From IMG/VR virus record IMGVR_UViG_3300030376_006487, positions 1 through 36,905 of that record: DNA of 36,905 nt. The stretch is one strand, 5' to 3'. A program made the position numbers and the translations under genes. The notes under the pieces are model-generated. The model did no database searches, was not told the origin of the DNA, and saw nothing but the letters and a program-made list of their open reading frames with translations. How positions within the stretch are numbered: the stretch's first letter is position 1; every line of letters begins with the position of its first letter. Shown one piece after another: positions 25,921 to 35,749 of this stretch. The stretch is from a virus. Taxonomy: Duplodnaviria > Caudoviricetes.

Positions 25921-26166
25921 TCAAGAGCTGGAGTCGCTTAAAATATCTGGCATTTTAGCTATTCTAATCTTGACAGTTCTACTTAAATCTTCTTGTTTTG
26001 TATCTGTGTTGACATCATTTACATCATCTTCAGCTTCTTTATCTGAATTATACTCTTTACTAGTTTTAGTATTTATAAGAGTAACTTCTGTTTCGACATC
26101 AATCTCTTCAACGGTTTTACCATCTTTAACAACCGATACTTTTCCACCAGGTTCTAAAAAAGACAT
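25921..26166 (-). CDS. Hypothetical virion-module protein (81 aa)
   Basis: AAGGAGGT RBS. Confidence 0.75.
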   Translation of the reverse strand: MSFLEPGGKVSVVKDGKTVEEIDVETEVTLINTKTSKEYNSDKEAEDDVNDVNTDTKQEDLSRTVKIRIAKMPDILSDSSS

Positions 26167-26175
26167 ACTACCTCC

Positions 26176-26505
26176 TTAATCTCTATTTATTTCTAATATT
26201 GCACAAGTGCCTTCAATATCATTAGCACTAGCTGCTTGTACTCTTAATACATCATTTTCTTCTAAAACAATAGAACCATCTGATATACTTTGTGATTCAT
26301 TTGCAGCGATAGTATGCTTTGCAAAAGTGAATTGTGTTGTTACAGAGCTGTCATATAGATGTGCATGAACTACAACGTTTCCTGATCCTATGTTTGCCAT
26401 GTGTATATTTTGAATAATTGCTCTTGAGTTTGATGGTACAGTATAAACATCAGTGACGTCAGTGCTTGTTAAATCAAACTGTGCATTTTTATAAATATTA
26501 GCCAT
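26176..26505 (-). CDS. Small beta-rich virion structural protein
   Basis: VYTVP...IVLEENDVLRV pattern; coupled to the upstream gene. Confidence 0.7.
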   Translation of the reverse strand: MANIYKNAQFDLTSTDVTDVYTVPSNSRAIIQNIHMANIGSGNVVVHAHLYDSSVTTQFTFAKHTIAANESQSISDGSIVLEENDVLRVQAASANDIEGTCAILEINRD

Positions 26506-26684
26506 TAACTTGTACTTCCTGAAGATTTAAACCATGTATAACGTTCTGCTTCTTGTTTTAGTTCGTCTAAATAAGTAGAGTTTAATTGTTCAATAATAAT
26601 ACCAATCGCTCTGTTTATTTGTTTTTGGTTTGATACATCGTAATCTTCTTTCGGTTCTGGTATTTTAACATTTATTTTTGCCAT
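26505..26684 (-). CDS. Small virion-module protein (59 aa), absent from ORF track
   Basis: MAKINVKIPEPKEDYDVSNQKQINRAI...; TAATG-type overlaps at both ends. Confidence 0.75.
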   Translation of the reverse strand: MAKINVKIPEPKEDYDVSNQKQINRAIGIIIEQLNSTYLDELKQEAERYTWFKSSGSTS

Positions 26685-28849
26685 TATCTACCCCCGTCCG
26701 GTTGCACATCTAAACTAAATGTACCAAATCGCCAGTTTTGATCAACGTCATCGTTTTCAATTTTGATATTGACATATCGACCACGAGCTCGAGTATCTTT
26801 TTTAGTGGTTGATGATGTAATTGAAAATGGACTTAAACCTGTTGTTGATTCTTCTTGAGAAGGAAAACTTTTCACGGCCAACGTTACTTTGGCTGTTCCC
26901 TCTAAAACTTTAAAGTCAGGAATAAATCGTCGAACAGCTAAAAACTGTTCTCCTTCTGTGCCTTGTCCTTCTAAATCAAAATCATAAGACTGTACAAAAG
27001 CATTAATCGCGGTGCTCGATCCGTCAATATTGACTTGATTAACACCTATTTCATGTTCGAAATACGTTGTTGCCCCTAATCCTGTATTCCCTTGAATGAC
27101 TGGAAACGTACCTGTTTCACTAGAAGCAAAAGAAGTTGCATAAGGTTTAGGATAAATAGAAGAGTCCATCCATGATGTACGGCCTTCAGTGCTTGTGTAC
27201 CAAATACCGCCAGGAACTTGTGCTCCTAAAGATTCGAGATAATTGTATGCTACTAATCTATTATTAAAACTTTGACCAGATGCGGGATACCACCAAACAA
27301 TTTCTGTAAACAAATTGTTTACACCTGCAGTAATTTGTTGTCCTTTGGTTAAGTCAATATCATCATATACAAAGTCTTCAACAGAACAAGGCAGTGACTT
27401 AACTGTACCATCGAATAAGAAGAAACCATTGTTGCTCATCCAATACGCAACACCATCTATTTCGACAGCTGCGTTCTTACCAATCAAACCACAGTTGGTA
27501 CCTACTTGTTCAAAACCAAATGTAAAAGGTGCACCAATAAATTTCATAGTATACAAAGCAGTATCGGTCCATATCAAAATTGTTTCTTTTGCTTTCAAAG
27601 CACCAACGATTTTAGTTCCATCTTGCAATCGTTGTGTACCTGCTGCATTGATAGCAGAAGGTATAAAAGTATTAATATCTTCTTGATCAGAAAAACGAAT
27701 AAACATATCGTCTTGTGTTGTTGCTGTACCTATAGTTGTTTCTGTACCAAAGTGAATTAAATGTCTTGTTGTAGGTGATATCAAACTAACTCTTGTTGCG
27801 GTAGGATTATTAGAAGTAGAAAAACCAGATGTACTTGTTGAAGCTCTATTTGATGTTGCATCAGAAGCACCACCATTCCATGTAAAGGTTTTGCCATTTG
27901 CAATTGTAGCTACTAAAACTTCACCAAAGTTATCTATAGACCAGAGTCCTGGTTCCAAAGAAACAAAAGAAGCACCTACTGCAACACCCCAACCATTATA
28001 GTCAGAGGCATCAGTGGCAGTTGCTCCGTTATCATGAGTCGCTGCAGTCGTGCCTAGAGCTCCTCTCGTACAACCTGTTAAATCATTCGTTGATTTACCA
28101 GTATAAGTAATTAATTCTGAATCTACTAAGATAGTACCCGCAGTAGGAAAAGCTGTAGCACTCGTTAATGTAATTGTTGTTTCACTTGCATCCAATGCTT
28201 CATTTACTGTTGTGACTGTAGCAGAGTCAACCGTACCACCCCAATTACCAACACCCCAACCATAACCGTATGTTTGTTCTTGAGGACCAACAACTTCATA
28301 CATTTTACAAGTCATTGAACCACCTGTTGATATAGTAGCGGTTGCAGCTGCAGAAGAAGTAATGGTGAAAGTTGTCGTTGACGGTACAGATGTTATTTCA
28401 AATTTTTTATCTTCAAAGTTAGAAGCACTAAGTCCAGTGCCACTTGGTAGAGTCACTGCATCTAATTGTACAATATCCCCGGTCGACGCTCCGTGAGCAG
28501 ATGTTGTTGTAATTGTTACCGTTGTAGAAGTATTAACGGTTGCCATTGTCGATGATGTCAGAGAACTTTTTATTGGTGTTATATCAAAAAGCTGACCTTC
28601 AAAGTACAATAAAAGAAACTTATCTGTACCGAGGGCCACGTATCGATTGCCATCTAAATCTGTGAAAGGATGTTGTGCTCGAACAACACCGACAATTTTG
28701 TCTGGTAGAAGAGAAGACCAACCTCCAACTTTTTCTGGTAGACCATAACGAAAGCGGACATTATTAGAATCCACAAATCGACGTTCGGCACCTTTCGTGG
28801 TGTCCTGTTTGTCTATCCCAGGTAAAAAGTCTAAGGTAATGAGAGCCAT
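26684..28849 (-). CDS. Tail nozzle / packaged-DNA stabilisation protein (P22 gp10 / T7 gp12-like beta-propeller) with Thr/Ser-rich inserted domains
   Basis: NVRFR.G.PEKVGGW, IRFSDQED, G.NCGLIG and C-terminal RARGR...WRFG; position just upstream of the ejection genes. Confidence 0.65.
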   Translation of the reverse strand: MALITLDFLPGIDKQDTTKGAERRFVDSNNVRFRYGLPEKVGGWSSLLPDKIVGVVRAQHPFTDLDGNRYVALGTDKFLLLYFEGQLFDITPIKSSLTSSTMATVNTSTTVTITTTSAHGASTGDIVQLDAVTLPSGTGLSASNFEDKKFEITSVPSTTTFTITSSAAATATISTGGSMTCKMYEVVGPQEQTYGYGWGVGNWGGTVDSATVTTVNEALDASETTITLTSATAFPTAGTILVDSELITYTGKSTNDLTGCTRGALGTTAATHDNGATATDASDYNGWGVAVGASFVSLEPGLWSIDNFGEVLVATIANGKTFTWNGGASDATSNRASTSTSGFSTSNNPTATRVSLISPTTRHLIHFGTETTIGTATTQDDMFIRFSDQEDINTFIPSAINAAGTQRLQDGTKIVGALKAKETILIWTDTALYTMKFIGAPFTFGFEQVGTNCGLIGKNAAVEIDGVAYWMSNNGFFLFDGTVKSLPCSVEDFVYDDIDLTKGQQITAGVNNLFTEIVWWYPASGQSFNNRLVAYNYLESLGAQVPGGIWYTSTEGRTSWMDSSIYPKPYATSFASSETGTFPVIQGNTGLGATTYFEHEIGVNQVNIDGSSTAINAFVQSYDFDLEGQGTEGEQFLAVRRFIPDFKVLEGTAKVTLAVKSFPSQEESTTGLSPFSITSSTTKKDTRARGRYVNIKIENDDVDQNWRFGTFSLDVQPDGGR

Positions 28850-28858
28850 TTACCCTCC

Positions 28859-29566
28859 TTAAATTTTATCTTTGTATGCCCAACCGCGAGTCGCGTTTAA
28901 AAAAACTAATGTAAAAGCAGCTCCGTTTGTTGATACTGTTAAATCAGAAGCAGAGCCATTGATATTAGAACTGTTTCGACCGACGGTAAGATTGTTAGAG
29001 CCAAAGGTTCCTTTGGCATCAATAAAAGTAACTTCATCACCAACACCAGGAGATGCTGGAAGAGTCATAGTCAAAGCAGAAGAACTGGTATCAATAATTA
29101 ATTGATCACCATCCACGGCTGTGTATGCGCTAGAAAGAGAGTTATATCCCTTTTGTAAACTAACTAAATTAATATTGGTGCCGTCTGAATAGACTACTAT
29201 CTTAGAACCGACAGGCATTGTAATACCTGTGCCGGATGCTGTTTTAAAAGTTAATGTATAATGACTAGAACTTCGAGTCGTTGCATCTTCAACGAGATAC
29301 ATCTTTTCAATGGAATCAGGAACAGTCACATTACGGTTCGCGGCCAACGTTCCTGTTAGCTTGATAATCATGTTTCGTCCATCGGACGATGCACCATTAC
29401 TGATTGTTAATGCTTGATCAGAAGAAGCCACATTGATAGATACATAACCACCAACCGCTTGTTCGACTAGTTCTAAATTAGTATTAGTAACAGTTCCCCA
29501 AAGACCTGCTTTTTCACCTGTTGCGATGAGTTCAAATTTTTGTGATGTTGAATAACTTGATGCCAT
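28859..29566 (-). CDS. Tail-associated structural protein (C-terminal T4 gp9/gp10-like beta domain)
   Basis: ATGE.AG.WG..TN.N N-terminus; IDT...TLPASP..GDEV.FID...NNLTV.RN...GW C-terminus. Confidence 0.6.
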   Translation of the reverse strand: MASSYSTSQKFELIATGEKAGLWGTVTNTNLELVEQAVGGYVSINVASSDQALTISNGASSDGRNMIIKLTGTLAANRNVTVPDSIEKMYLVEDATTRSSSHYTLTFKTASGTGITMPVGSKIVVYSDGTNINLVSLQKGYNSLSSAYTAVDGDQLIIDTSSSALTMTLPASPGVGDEVTFIDAKGTFGSNNLTVGRNSSNINGSASDLTVSTNGAAFTLVFLNATRGWAYKDKI

Positions 29567-29584
29567 ATTGCCTCCAAATTTATA

Positions 29585-30130
29585 TTATGTTTCGACGTTT
29601 GTCCATGTTTGACTTGCTCCTAGATTGATTTCTGTCCAATCTTGTGTAGCCCCAGGGTCAACTGGGTTCCAAGTAATGACACCAGCTGCAGTTGTAGCGC
29701 CTGTTACAAGGTTTGTTGTTGGTAGAACCACAGCCTTACCAATGATAGTAGCACCATTGAAAGACATAGCAGAAGTTCCAACACCTGCTGTGGATAGAAC
29801 AACACGTGCTCCTGCTTTTGGTGTAGCGTCTCCAATCGCACCTGTAACAGCATTTCCGGTAACCGAGAAATTGGCTTTACCAATAATGGTAACCGTGCCA
29901 GTGGCTGTTGTGACGAGGTTCGTGGTGACGTCTACAAAAGCAAAATCTGTTGGAATGACTGTACCGACAGAAGCGGTAACAGCGTTACCTGTAAGGATAA
30001 CCTTACTTTTACCGATGGGTGTAATATTACCAATCGCACTTGTAACGGCATTACCCGATACAAAAACTTTATTTAAATCCGTTTGTGCGGAAAACGGTGA
30101 CGATGCGAAAGCGTCAAAACCAAATAACAT
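29585..30130 (-). CDS. Virion structural protein with V/T/G-rich repeats
   Basis: MLFGFDAFASSPFS start; repeated V.GNAVT..(I/V)G units. Confidence 0.65.
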   Translation of the reverse strand: MLFGFDAFASSPFSAQTDLNKVFVSGNAVTSAIGNITPIGKSKVILTGNAVTASVGTVIPTDFAFVDVTTNLVTTATGTVTIIGKANFSVTGNAVTGAIGDATPKAGARVVLSTAGVGTSAMSFNGATIIGKAVVLPTTNLVTGATTAAGVITWNPVDPGATQDWTEINLGASQTWTNVET

Positions 30131-30132
30131 GG

Positions 30133-30426
30133 CTACGCTCCTGGTTTAGTCGGCCAAGTTACTGAGTTTACTTTTTCTACTGTGTCTAATCCTGTAGTAA
30201 GGTCTCTTAAATCTTGTCTATATTTTTTCTGTGCGTCTGTCATAGTATTATCAGAGGCACCCCACCAATCTGTTTCTGTTAATAAACCATTTCTTTTATC
30301 TCTTAATACAATAAGTGCTCTATCTAAAGCACTATCTTCCCATGCTTTTATCTCTAAGTCTCTTGCTGTTTCCTCTTCAGCAGTGTATTGAATTTTTACA
30401 CCATTTATATTTTTATATCTTGGCAT
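30133..30426 (-). CDS. Tail fibre assembly chaperone-like protein
   Basis: LRDKRNGLLTETDW...YRQDLRDL...WPTKP; start MPRYK coupled to the upstream stop. Confidence 0.75.
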   Translation of the reverse strand: MPRYKNINGVKIQYTAEEETARDLEIKAWEDSALDRALIVLRDKRNGLLTETDWWGASDNTMTDAQKKYRQDLRDLTTGLDTVEKVNSVTWPTKPGA

Positions 30427-31067
30427 TATGTTAATTTTACTCCGTATAGTTCTGCTGTGCCACCGAAATTGCCACTGCCAGATATTGTCCATTTAAGTGC
30501 GTTTATCGCAACGTCTCCTAAAACCATCATATGCACTAAACCCATCTCACTATAATCACCTGTTCTTGAAAATGAGTTGTTGAAAAAAATATTAGTGTAC
30601 CGATTAGCATGATTAAGATTATAAAAAGTAGCTTCAAAGTTGTGTGTTTCAGCAGTGTCATTACCACCACAGTTGACGGCAATTGTTTGAGCAGCCGTGC
30701 CAGTTGCACCATATAATGAACTACTAAAATTATTGTCTGAGGCACCTCTGTTATTTTTCAGACCTGTCGTTCTCTTATTGTATGCTGCATAGCTAGAACC
30801 ACTGTCTGCACTAACATCGAAAATTAAATTAACATCGTCTTGGGTGAACTGTACGTCATAGAAAAATAATTTGTAAACTTCGTAATCGCTAAAGGTTCTT
30901 GCGATTTGAAAATTATCAACACCTGTCCAAGTAAATTGTTGAATAAAATCCATTCCAGAGGCACCAGTAACTGTGCCTGTAAAAGCAAAGTTGTTAGCTA
31001 AATTAATTTTATCAGAACTGATTGCGTTATCTGCAAAAGCTGCTGCGGGTAATGTATTTAATGCCAT
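30426..31067 (-). CDS. Short tail-fibre / receptor-binding-like protein
   Basis: ADNAISSDKI repeat-type N-terminus; beta-rich head ending G...LYG. Confidence 0.6.
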   Translation of the reverse strand: MALNTLPAAAFADNAISSDKINLANNFAFTGTVTGASGMDFIQQFTWTGVDNFQIARTFSDYEVYKLFFYDVQFTQDDVNLIFDVSADSGSSYAAYNKRTTGLKNNRGASDNNFSSSLYGATGTAAQTIAVNCGGNDTAETHNFEATFYNLNHANRYTNIFFNNSFSRTGDYSEMGLVHMMVLGDVAINALKWTISGSGNFGGTAELYGVKLT

Positions 31068-31068
31068 G

Positions 31069-31626
31069 TTATGCTCCTATTAACCTATATCCAATAAAAT
31101 AATTTATATCATTGTTTGCGTAAATAGAACCACTCTCCACATAAACTTGAGTATTTACTTTATCACCGACATTAAGTTGTGCAAAGGTGTGTACTTGAGG
31201 AGCTTCACCTGAATTTGATTCATATCCTCTAAGTTTACCTATTCTTGTTCTCGCAGTATTGCTTGTAAAACTACCAGCACTACCAATGTCAAAACCATGT
31301 CTAATTTGTGCTAGTTCGTTAGTGTCTATTTCTGAAGCAAAAAATTGTGATGCAAAAAAATAATAACCTGCACCACCACTGGGAACTGTAAAGTATCCAT
31401 CTGATGTACTAAAACCGCTACCAAGATTAATATGCGCAGTATTAAATGTGTAATTAGTCCAAGTGTTAGCACTTGGGGTTACATTACCACTATCTCTTAC
31501 TGCTAAAAAAGCTGGAGTATTTTTCAACGCAGCATTATTCAGTGTTAATGTGCCTGACCCATCAGAAGTCATAATGGCATTATCACCACCGTCAGCGAGT
31601 ATATTTACTTTAAGCTTACTGGTCAT
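31069..31626 (-). CDS. C1q/TNF-like domain tail-fibre protein
   Basis: PAFLA...FTVP..AGYYFF...LNVGDKV...F.GYRL. Confidence 0.7.
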   Translation of the reverse strand: MTSKLKVNILADGGDNAIMTSDGSGTLTLNNAALKNTPAFLAVRDSGNVTPSANTWTNYTFNTAHINLGSGFSTSDGYFTVPSGGAGYYFFASQFFASEIDTNELAQIRHGFDIGSAGSFTSNTARTRIGKLRGYESNSGEAPQVHTFAQLNVGDKVNTQVYVESGSIYANNDINYFIGYRLIGA

Positions 31627-32166
31627 CTATATTAATTTAAACCCTTGAAAAAAACTGGTTGATGATAATACATCACCATTACTTCCAGCAGTTGTTTGTA
31701 TGTATACTTCTATATAATCACCAGCACTTAAATCTTGTACTTGTATAGATACTTGAGACATATCAGCATCTGATGCTGCTCTATTTTGATGTGCAAAGTT
31801 AGTGTTTGGAGATATAGCAGAACCATTTTTATATAATTTTATATTATATAAACCTAACTGATTTCCTAAAAAAGCATGAACAATAAACATATACTTACCA
31901 CCTTCGCCTGCAGGTACTGTAAATTTGTTGGAGGCAAACGCACTATCGGTATCAAATTGCTCAGTATCCCACGGAACTTTAACAAAAGTATCGTTAGTTA
32001 AGTCAAAGTTTCCAGATAGTCTTACATAAAAACTAGGTGTGTTTGTTCCACCAAAACCACTCTGTGTTGCCCCAGTTCCTAATTGCACAGTATCTCCACT
32101 CTCACCAATCGTAATTGATGAGCCTGACTGCTTTATAATTTCATTGACTTTTAACTGCGATACCAC
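31627..32166 (-). CDS. C1q/TNF-like domain tail-fibre protein
   Basis: PSFYV...FDTD...FTVP..GKYMF...LSAGDYIEVY...FQGFKL. Confidence 0.75.
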   Translation of the reverse strand: MVSQLKVNEIIKQSGSSITIGESGDTVQLGTGATQSGFGGTNTPSFYVRLSGNFDLTNDTFVKVPWDTEQFDTDSAFASNKFTVPAGEGGKYMFIVHAFLGNQLGLYNIKLYKNGSAISPNTNFAHQNRAASDADMSQVSIQVQDLSAGDYIEVYIQTTAGSNGDVLSSTSFFQGFKLI

Positions 32167-32176
32167 TCAATACTCC

Positions 32177-32506
32177 TTATGATTTAGGGTTTGCGTCTTT
32201 AATAGCTTTAATTCTGGTTTTCCACGCATCGATGTTTTTATAGATTTCATCGAGCTGTTCACCGATATCACCGTACGCTGCTCTACGTGTAGCTCTTACA
32301 GTGCTGTTTTTTTCTTCAGTGTTACCTGCTGCTTCTTGTGCAGCGAGTTGATCTGCTGTTGGTTTGTCCAAACCAGAAATATTCCATTCCTTGATGTAGG
32401 GACCTTTACCATCAGAATCATCCTGAAGTAAAACATCTTTTGTAAAGTCTACAGTCTTCGAGTTAGCTGCGCAGTAAAGTTTTATCTTTGTGCTTAATGA
32501 TGCCAT
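32177..32506 (-). CDS. XkdW-like / fibre chaperone-like small protein
   Basis: LQDDSDGKGPYIKEWN...KPT..QL and R..AY..IGEQLD...IK...PK motifs. Confidence 0.55.
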   Translation of the reverse strand: MASLSTKIKLYCAANSKTVDFTKDVLLQDDSDGKGPYIKEWNISGLDKPTADQLAAQEAAGNTEEKNSTVRATRRAAYGDIGEQLDEIYKNIDAWKTRIKAIKDANPKS

Positions 32507-32515
32507 TGTTTACTC

Positions 32516-32884
32516 CTATCCGCTAAAGTTTGCGTATGACACAATCTTAGCGCGTTCTTCAGCTCTTTTTGTTTTCACATCAGCAGGCATAGCTGTTCCG
32601 CCTTCTGCTGCTCTGATTGAATACCAATCAGTAGATGTTAAATATGCTTGTGCTGTTGCGTTAATTGCTTTTTGATTAACGAACGCATCTTGTTTGTCCA
32701 TGTCGGCTTTAACTTTTGTCCAAGTCACTGCATCAGGTTTAGAGCCAAAAATAGCAGTTCCGTTGGAGTCAGCGCCAGACACCCATTTGACATTAGCATT
32801 AAAATCAGCTTCTGTCTTTACATCACCTGAGATGACGAACTGATAGGAACCGATTGATTGTATTGCTTGTGAACAATCTGCCAT
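32516..32884 (-). CDS. Tail fibre chaperone-like protein
   Basis: A.AYL.STDWY..R..E.G...P..V..KR...R C-terminal motif. Confidence 0.55.
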   Translation of the reverse strand: MADCSQAIQSIGSYQFVISGDVKTEADFNANVKWVSGADSNGTAIFGSKPDAVTWTKVKADMDKQDAFVNQKAINATAQAYLTSTDWYSIRAAEGGTAMPADVKTKRAEERAKIVSYANFSG

Positions 32885-32894
32885 TGTTTACTCC

Positions 32895-33368
32895 TTATAA
32901 TATGACCAGCGTTCCACCACTGGCTACGTTAATTGTCTGTCCTGAGGACACTGTTACAGGACCTACTATACTCGCATTTTCAGATGCTGCAATAGAAAGT
33001 CCTCCTGTTAATGTTTGTACATTTCTGTACGCACCATTAATACTTGTTAATTTGGCCGCGGTCACCGTTGCGTCTGTAGGGGCACCTACATCAAATGTAT
33101 CACCAAAAATGATACCAGAGAAGGTTGCACCACTTGCAGGAGCTGCGGTGAAAGCGATGGTACCACTGGAAGAACCTGCAGTAAACGCGGATCCCGGTAC
33201 TTGATACACTCCATTAATATGAATCAGTAATTGTGCCAAGCTACCAATAATCTGAGTATTACTACCTACTTGTATGGTAAACTGTGTTGTTGATCCATTA
33301 AAACTTCCGCTCAAATCATCAATCTGAGAAAAATTACCTTGTACTATTGGATTGCCTAAATAGCCCAT
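32895..33368 (-). CDS. Tail-associated structural protein (157 aa)
   Basis: MGYLGN.P, FNGSTT.F, INGVYQ.P, I.FTAAP and GPVTV..G..I.V motifs. Confidence 0.65.
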   Translation of the reverse strand: MGYLGNPIVQGNFSQIDDLSGSFNGSTTQFTIQVGSNTQIIGSLAQLLIHINGVYQVPGSAFTAGSSSGTIAFTAAPASGATFSGIIFGDTFDVGAPTDATVTAAKLTSINGAYRNVQTLTGGLSIAASENASIVGPVTVSSGQTINVASGGTLVIL

Positions 33369-33541
33369 TATGAACCTCCCTTATCTGTAATTGTGTTTCC
33401 TTCCGATACCCACTCAAGTATTTCTTGGTAGTGTCGGTTTGCTGTGTCGTGAGGAACAGTCCATGCAGTTCCATCTTGATAAGTAACCTCATAGTTAAAA
33501 GTGTTGTCATCATTATATTTTTTTTCTACTGTATTAATCAT
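33368..33541 (-). CDS. Small fibre-associated protein (57 aa), absent from ORF track
   Basis: ...VPHDTANRHYQEILEWVSEGNTI; TAATG overlaps at both ends. Confidence 0.75.
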   Translation of the reverse strand: MINTVEKKYNDDNTFNYEVTYQDGTAWTVPHDTANRHYQEILEWVSEGNTITDKGGS

Positions 33542-34614
33542 TATAACTCCGCATCAAATTCTAAATCTGTAACATTTGTTGTAGTGCCTCTGTTACTTTT
33601 TTCACCAAAAACAGAATAACCTCTATCTGTAATTGTTTCAGAATCTACAGTTCCTGTATTGTTTGTTTTTGATACACTTGGTGTAGCTCTCATTCTAGTA
33701 TTGTAAGCCATTGAACCACCTAATCTTGTAGAAGTATTACCATCAAGAGCAGTAGTCCATAATTTAAAACTTGCATAATCTTGAAAGTATCTAAAACATC
33801 TTCTTTCATTCACATCAACAGGTAAGAACTCAAAGTCACTAGCAGATGTACCGACTTCTAGTTGTACTCCTGTGATATAAATTTCATTAGAAGTGTTATC
33901 AAAAAAGTTTACTTGATTTGTTGATACTTGAAATAAACTGCTTGTTGCCCATGAACTTGTTGGGCTTACTTTATCATCAGGTCCACTTGCAAGGTGCCAA
34001 ATAACTCTTAATCTTCTAGAACTGTCATAATCAAGAGCAACACTCGTATCTCCTACCCATGTTATAGTTTTCTTTTCCCAAGTGTTTGCTGAAGAAATTG
34101 TATAATCAAATAAAACATAACGACCAGTGCTTCCTTCTCCTTTAATTTGAACACTATATGTTCCAGTTTTATTAGATTTTACCCAAAAAGTTAATGTTGC
34201 ACTTGGTGGGCTTGATTGCCCATGTTCCAAAGTAGCACAATTAAATCCTTCAATTTTTTGTTGAAAACAGATATTACCACCCCCTGTTGGTGTTTCTGCT
34301 GTATCTACGGCAATTTTTACAGATTTAACTAAACCAGTATTATTAGGTGCATCTGACTCTTGAGTTATGGTGCAATCTCCAGTAGCTCCACTTGTTCGTT
34401 CAAAGTGAAACCTATCTACTGTAAATCCACTGCTATCATTAAAAGAAAAAGAAGTACCCCTCTGTGCAATAGACATATCACCATTGATGATGAGGTTTTT
34501 AAAGTTTACATTATTAAAATCCGCTTTAGATACAGTCACTGCATTATCAGCGATCTTAGCTGTACTTACTGCTGTGTCCGCTATTCCCGCTGTTGGTATC
34601 GTTGTTACTGTCAT
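33541..34614 (-). CDS. Tail fibre protein with carbohydrate-binding-like domain (357 aa)
   Basis: IAD.AV..AK repeats; NLIINGDM.IAQRGTS, Q.IEG, TGVQLEVG..A.DFE and C.RYF motifs. Confidence 0.7.
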   Translation of the reverse strand: MTVTTIPTAGIADTAVSTAKIADNAVTVSKADFNNVNFKNLIINGDMSIAQRGTSFSFNDSSGFTVDRFHFERTSGATGDCTITQESDAPNNTGLVKSVKIAVDTAETPTGGGNICFQQKIEGFNCATLEHGQSSPPSATLTFWVKSNKTGTYSVQIKGEGSTGRYVLFDYTISSANTWEKKTITWVGDTSVALDYDSSRRLRVIWHLASGPDDKVSPTSSWATSSLFQVSTNQVNFFDNTSNEIYITGVQLEVGTSASDFEFLPVDVNERRCFRYFQDYASFKLWTTALDGNTSTRLGGSMAYNTRMRATPSVSKTNNTGTVDSETITDRGYSVFGEKSNRGTTTNVTDLEFDAEL

Positions 34615-35163
34615 CTATATTCCTATCATCCTGTATGCACCCCATCTGGAATTTCTTCCAGTAGTTGCGCCACCTTGAAAAGTTAAAGTTCCACTTCCTG
34701 CAATATAAGCAAACATTTCTAAATAATCTGATGATCCATTCATATCTATAATTCCATTTATATTGTACCAATATTGAGAGCCTGTATCTATAATTGTCAT
34801 CTCGTTTCTTAAAATAACAGTTCCGTTTTTTTGAAATTCTGCTCCTCCATAATCATATCCTGTATTCGTATCAGTTGAATGAACATTTACTATTCCGTAA
34901 AAATAATATTTTCCACTAACTGTTGGAGTAAAGCGATAATTTGTACTATTATCATAACAATCATCCGTATCAAAAACTTCTGTATTAGCCTGTAATTTAG
35001 TCCAAGTATCATTTGAAACACCTTGCGCAGCACTTAAATAGGCTTGAAAAGCTGGTACATTAGTAAACACACCTGCAGCGGTGTCACCTTCACTACCAAT
35101 AGTAATAGTCTTGGTTGCGTCTGTGCCGAGAGGCGAGATTGTTGATACTTTGATCGTGCTCAT
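34615..35163 (-). CDS. C1q/TNF-like domain tail-fibre protein
   Basis: PAFQAY...EVFDTD..YD...RFTPTVSGKY...MNGSSDYLE. Confidence 0.75.
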   Translation of the reverse strand: MSTIKVSTISPLGTDATKTITIGSEGDTAAGVFTNVPAFQAYLSAAQGVSNDTWTKLQANTEVFDTDDCYDNSTNYRFTPTVSGKYYFYGIVNVHSTDTNTGYDYGGAEFQKNGTVILRNEMTIIDTGSQYWYNINGIIDMNGSSDYLEMFAYIAGSGTLTFQGGATTGRNSRWGAYRMIGI

Positions 35164-35164
35164 T

Positions 35165-35749
35165 CTATGTATCTCCTAGTCTAATAAATTGTACCCATGT
35201 TCTGCTTTGAGATGTATTGCCATGTAAAGTACAAGCAAATTCACATAAACCAGTAAGTCTGCATTTATGAGTAGATACATTAGTTACATCAAAAATATGA
35301 CTTGATTGAACTGAAGTTCTTGAATTAGGGTGATACATATTACCAGTATTATCTGTAGCAGTAGAATAAGTGCCATTATCTGTAGTAATATCTATAGCTG
35401 AAGTTGCTCTTGTTGCTCCTTGTGAAGGTGATTTAAATTGTGCATTCCATGTTATTTGATAAATACCAGTTTCAGGAAAAGTCCAAATACCACTTGATTG
35501 CGACATAGCACTTCCAATTCTAGTATATGTATTAGTGTCAACTTCTTCCCAGTCAGAATTTACTACTACTGTGGTATCAACACCTATACTAAAGTCAGAT
35601 GTTATTCTCCACATACCAGCAACTTTAACACCCGCAAAGTTCGCATTAACTCCACTAGCTTTTGTCAGTGTGGTTAAATTAGCCGAACCAAGTGTCAAGG
35701 TAGAAGTTCCGCTTCTTGTGTCTATGGTATCAACAAGTATCTTTGACAT
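35165..35749 (-). CDS. Short tail-fibre-like protein (194 aa)
   Basis: Shared N-terminal module MS.I.VDTI...SG..TLTLG; GIWTFPETGIY...FIRLGDT. Confidence 0.65.
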   Translation of the reverse strand: MSKILVDTIDTRSGTSTLTLGSANLTTLTKASGVNANFAGVKVAGMWRITSDFSIGVDTTVVVNSDWEEVDTNTYTRIGSAMSQSSGIWTFPETGIYQITWNAQFKSPSQGATRATSAIDITTDNGTYSTATDNTGNMYHPNSRTSVQSSHIFDVTNVSTHKCRLTGLCEFACTLHGNTSQSRTWVQFIRLGDT

